A DNA stretch of 34,356 nt, from NCBI GenBank assembly GCA_000388065.2, contig KB932202.1; one strand, 5' to 3'. Below are positions 31,421 through 34,356 of the stretch, one piece after another. Position 1 is the first letter of the stretch; each line of letters starts with the position of its first letter. The notes under the pieces were generated by a model. That model made no database searches, was not told the DNA's origin, and saw only the letters and a list, made by a program, of their open reading frames with translations. The position numbers were made by a program, and so were the translations under genes. The DNA is from Fonticula alba ATCC 38817 (taxonomy: Eukaryota > Protista > Nucleariida).

Positions 31421-34315
31421 ATGGCTGCCACACCCGGCTCGCCCGCGTCCCTCGACTCCGGGGACCCCTCTTTCTCCCCGGACGCCGGGATCTCTTACCA
31501 TGGCCAGGGATCGGTGTCTGTGGCAATTGCCCCCACCCCGACTCACTCCCGGACCTGTGACTCTTCCACGGTATGTGCCGTCGATCTTCCAAGTCGCTTC
31601 CTGCCGGCCAGCTGACTGTCTGCCTGACCTTGAATTTCTTCCCCGCGAAATGGCCTCCCTCTTGCGCAGGCGCAGCGCCCTCCACCTCTCAACCTTTACT
31701 GGGATGACATCAGCCTGACTGTGGACCTGCCAAAAGGTCTCCTGTCCCAGCAGGCGAGTGCCACCAAACTCCCGGGAGATGCGAACGAATACCAATCGCT
31801 GATCAACCACGAGGTGGACTCCCCGGCCGGGGCATCCTACTCAAGCCCCGAGTACTTCGGGGGAATCGGCATCGATGGCGACGCCGGGCTCTTCCGAGAC
31901 TCGGTCAGCAATGCCCTTCCCTCGGCCGACCTGTCGGCACCGGACTTCCGTGACAGTGTGGCTTACGCTCCGGCAACGAGTCTGCCGGATCCCTCGAAAA
32001 AGGTCATCCTCAGCTCCCTGTCCGGCGCGGCCAACGGCTCGGAGATGACTGCCCTCATGGGCAGCAGCGGTGCAGGCAAGGTGCGCGCCTTGGGGATGGT
32101 CTGCCCTTTGTGCTCTCCCAATGCCCCCACGCCCTTCCACTGACACAATATCTCCCTCTCTCTCTCTCTCTGCCCCTCCCTCTCGCTCGTTTGCTAGACC
32201 ACCCTGCTGGACATCCTGGCCGGACGGACGTTCAACTTCTCTGGCCGGGTGTCGGTCAGTCACACGATCCCCGGCCAGGGCGACAAGGCTCCCACCCGCA
32301 AGTTCGACGCTTCGGCGAAGGAACTCCGACGTCTCAGCGCATACGTCACACAGGATGATGTGCTGATCGCCTCCTTCTCCGTGCGGGAGACAATTCTCTT
32401 TTCAGCGCGCATGCGTCTGCCCCACAAGGTCCCTGAGTCGGCGAAGGTACTTCCATGTCCCCATTCCGGAGTCTCGTTTCGTTGCTTCCCCTGCTTTTGT
32501 CCATTCCCTGGCACGCACACACGCTCCCCATCCCTCTCCCCCCCTCTTCGCACCTCCTCGACTGTACACATCACCGCCCCTGGACTTACCCATGGCCCCT
32601 GCAATGGCATCTTGAACCACGTAGATTGCTCGCGTGAACTACCTGATCAAGCTACTCGGACTTTCTTCCTGTGCCGAGACGCGCATCTCCCAGGTGTCTG
32701 GGGGCCAGCGCCGGCGGACAGCCATCGCCGTGGAGCTGGTCACGTCGCCCCGTATCCTCTTCCTGGATGAGCCGACCAGTGGCCTTGACTCCTTTACCGC
32801 TTACTCGGTTATGCGCAGTCTGCGCTGTGCGTGCCCTCATTTTTGTTCGTGTCCTCTCCACCGAGACGTATGGCTGATTGCGGCGCCCCTTCTGTCTGTC
32901 CTGCACCGTCCCCCCCCCCCCCCCCCCCCCCCCCCCGCATGCTTGAATTGTATGAAGCCATCGCCCGCTCCGGCTGCACGGTTATCACCACCATCCATCA
33001 GCCGAGCTCAGACCTTTTCTCCCTCTTTGACCGCTTGGTCCTGCTGCACAGTGGCCAGACCGTCTTTTCTGGCTCAGCCAAGGAGTCAATCACCTATTTC
33101 ACGAAGGTACGCCATATTGCGTGGGGTGCTTGTGTGTTGCTCCNNNNNNNNNNNNNNNNNNNNNNNNNNNNNNNNNNNNNNNNNNNNNNNNNNNNNNNCC
33201 CCCCCCTCCCCTCGCCCTCCCCTTCAGTTGCCGGTCTCCTGGCTCTTCTCGCGATTACCTGTCCGAGTCCTCTCCTGGTCTCTGGTCCTCCTTCTCAAAC
33301 ACTCCCTTGATATTGTGTGCCGGCTTTCTGCCCAGCCCTTGCTCATCTTCTCTGTCTGCCCACCTTGTGCATGGTCACGCTTTCTCGAAGATCGGCTATC
33401 CTTGCCCGGCGTTCACCAATCCCGCGGATCACCTGCTGGCGCTGCTGCACTATGACGAGCACTCGCATGAGGACTCCGAGGAGAAGGCCGAATCGCCGCA
33501 GGACCGCTTTGATCGCCGGGTTCGCCACATTTTGCACTGTTGGCGTGTCCACACGCGGGAGAGGAGGCTCCTCGAGGCCCAGCAATCCAGCCTACCCAGC
33601 GGTGGCCCCGCCGACTCCCTGGCCGAGGAGAATCCGCTGCTTGTGCCCGATCCACTGGTTGATGCGCCGAGCCTTCCTCTCTGGCGGGAGTTGTGGCTGC
33701 TGCTCACGCGATCCATGCTAGACACGATCCGGTCGCCGAGCTCGTTGCACATCCGAATGCTCCAGGCCCTGGCCGTGTCTATCCTCTTCGGCACGGTGTA
33801 CTACAAGCTGGGGACGCACGTCAGCTCGGTCCAAAGTCGCACCGGCATGCTCTTCGGCGCGCTGATTTCGGTCCTCCTAAACGGCATGATGGCGCTGATC
33901 CTGACCTGTGCGTGTTTTCTGCCCGTCACCTCCCTTTGGCCACTTCTCTTTATCTGCCCCGCCCCTTTCTGCCGCTCCTCCCCCCCCCCCACTCGATTAC
34001 CCCTTTGTGTATGCATTTCCGCCCCCCCCCCCTCTCCCCTCTCCCCCCTCTGACACCCTTCCCTGCATGGCGGCTCGCCACCTCGACTCAGTCCCCGTGG
34101 AACGGGCCGTCTTCTTCCGCGAGCAACAGCACTCGCGTTCATATCGGATTTTCAATTACTACATGTCCAAGTTCTTGACGGACATTCCCTTTGCCCTGCT
34201 CCAGGCAATCCTCTTCTCGCTGCCCATCTATTTCATGAGTGGGCTGAATCTCGACCCGCCGCGCCGCCTGCTGGCCTTCATCGTGGTCAACTTCGGGATT
34301 TGCCTCAACGCACAG
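31421..34315 (+). CDS. ABCG (White-family) half transporter, NBD-TMD order; 3' end outside the window
   Basis: Exons 31421-31570, 31670-32080, 32198-32446, 32625-32826, 32958-33106, 33391-33907 and 34092-34315. Walker A GSSGAGK|TTLL, Q-loop AYVTQDD, signature VSGGQRRR, Walker [14 protein letters not shown]-loop TIHQP, NPAD motif, TM region and [11 protein letters not shown]. No stop codon before the window end. Confidence 0.93.
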
Positions 34316-34356
34316 GTGCGTCCACGTGCTTGCATTCGAGAGCCGATTACTCTCCC

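Noticed and set aside
121-34178. The many long ORFs in the six-frame track (e.g. 167-1159, 5472-6656, 13021-14337, 26093-27493)
   Set aside because: They are low-complexity Pro/Gly/Arg-rich frames, microsatellite or N-gap read-throughs, or antisense shadows of real exons. Such frames are expected at high GC.
973-34315. A functional gene cluster (ER/proteostasis/lipid: GLTP, ubiquilin, GII-beta, ABCG)
   Set aside because: These genes are interleaved with unrelated housekeeping genes, and I see no shared regulatory motif or pathway logic.
1-34356. Transposons, CRISPR arrays, rRNA
   Set aside because: I found no transposase or reverse transcriptase motifs, terminal repeats, repeat-spacer arrays or rRNA signatures.

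Overview
GC-rich, intron-dense eukaryotic genomic DNA from a draft assembly with four N gaps. I could splice nine protein-coding genes by hand: a GLTP/HET-C2-like lipid transfer protein (+), a ubiquilin/Dsk2-like UBL-UBA protein (+), a yeast-type arginyl-tRNA synthetase (+), a glucosidase II beta-like protein (+), RPL13 (-), cofactor-independent phosphoglycerate mutase (+), mitochondrial uL4 (-), Nse1 (+) and an ABCG half-transporter that runs off the right edge (+). CTAAC-type branch points, the yeast-type ArgRS and iPGM suggest a fungal-relative opisthokont such as Fonticula; this is inference, not identification. This is mostly housekeeping DNA. I see no mobile element, CRISPR array, rRNA or tRNA, and no convincing multi-gene novel system. 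The best leads are: (1) a 5' splice-site dialect with C at +4 in most introns; (2) an apparently unannotated spliced + strand unit at about 18.5-19.8 kb; (3) a glucosidase II beta-like protein with a degenerate MRH lectin site and a His-rich HSEL tail; (4) an intergenic cUUCGg hairpin; (5) strand-specific poly-C skew that tracks transcription. Both duplications in the ArgRS gene look like assembly artefacts, and one contains an Illumina adapter. Exon coordinates were read by eye and may be off by a few bases.
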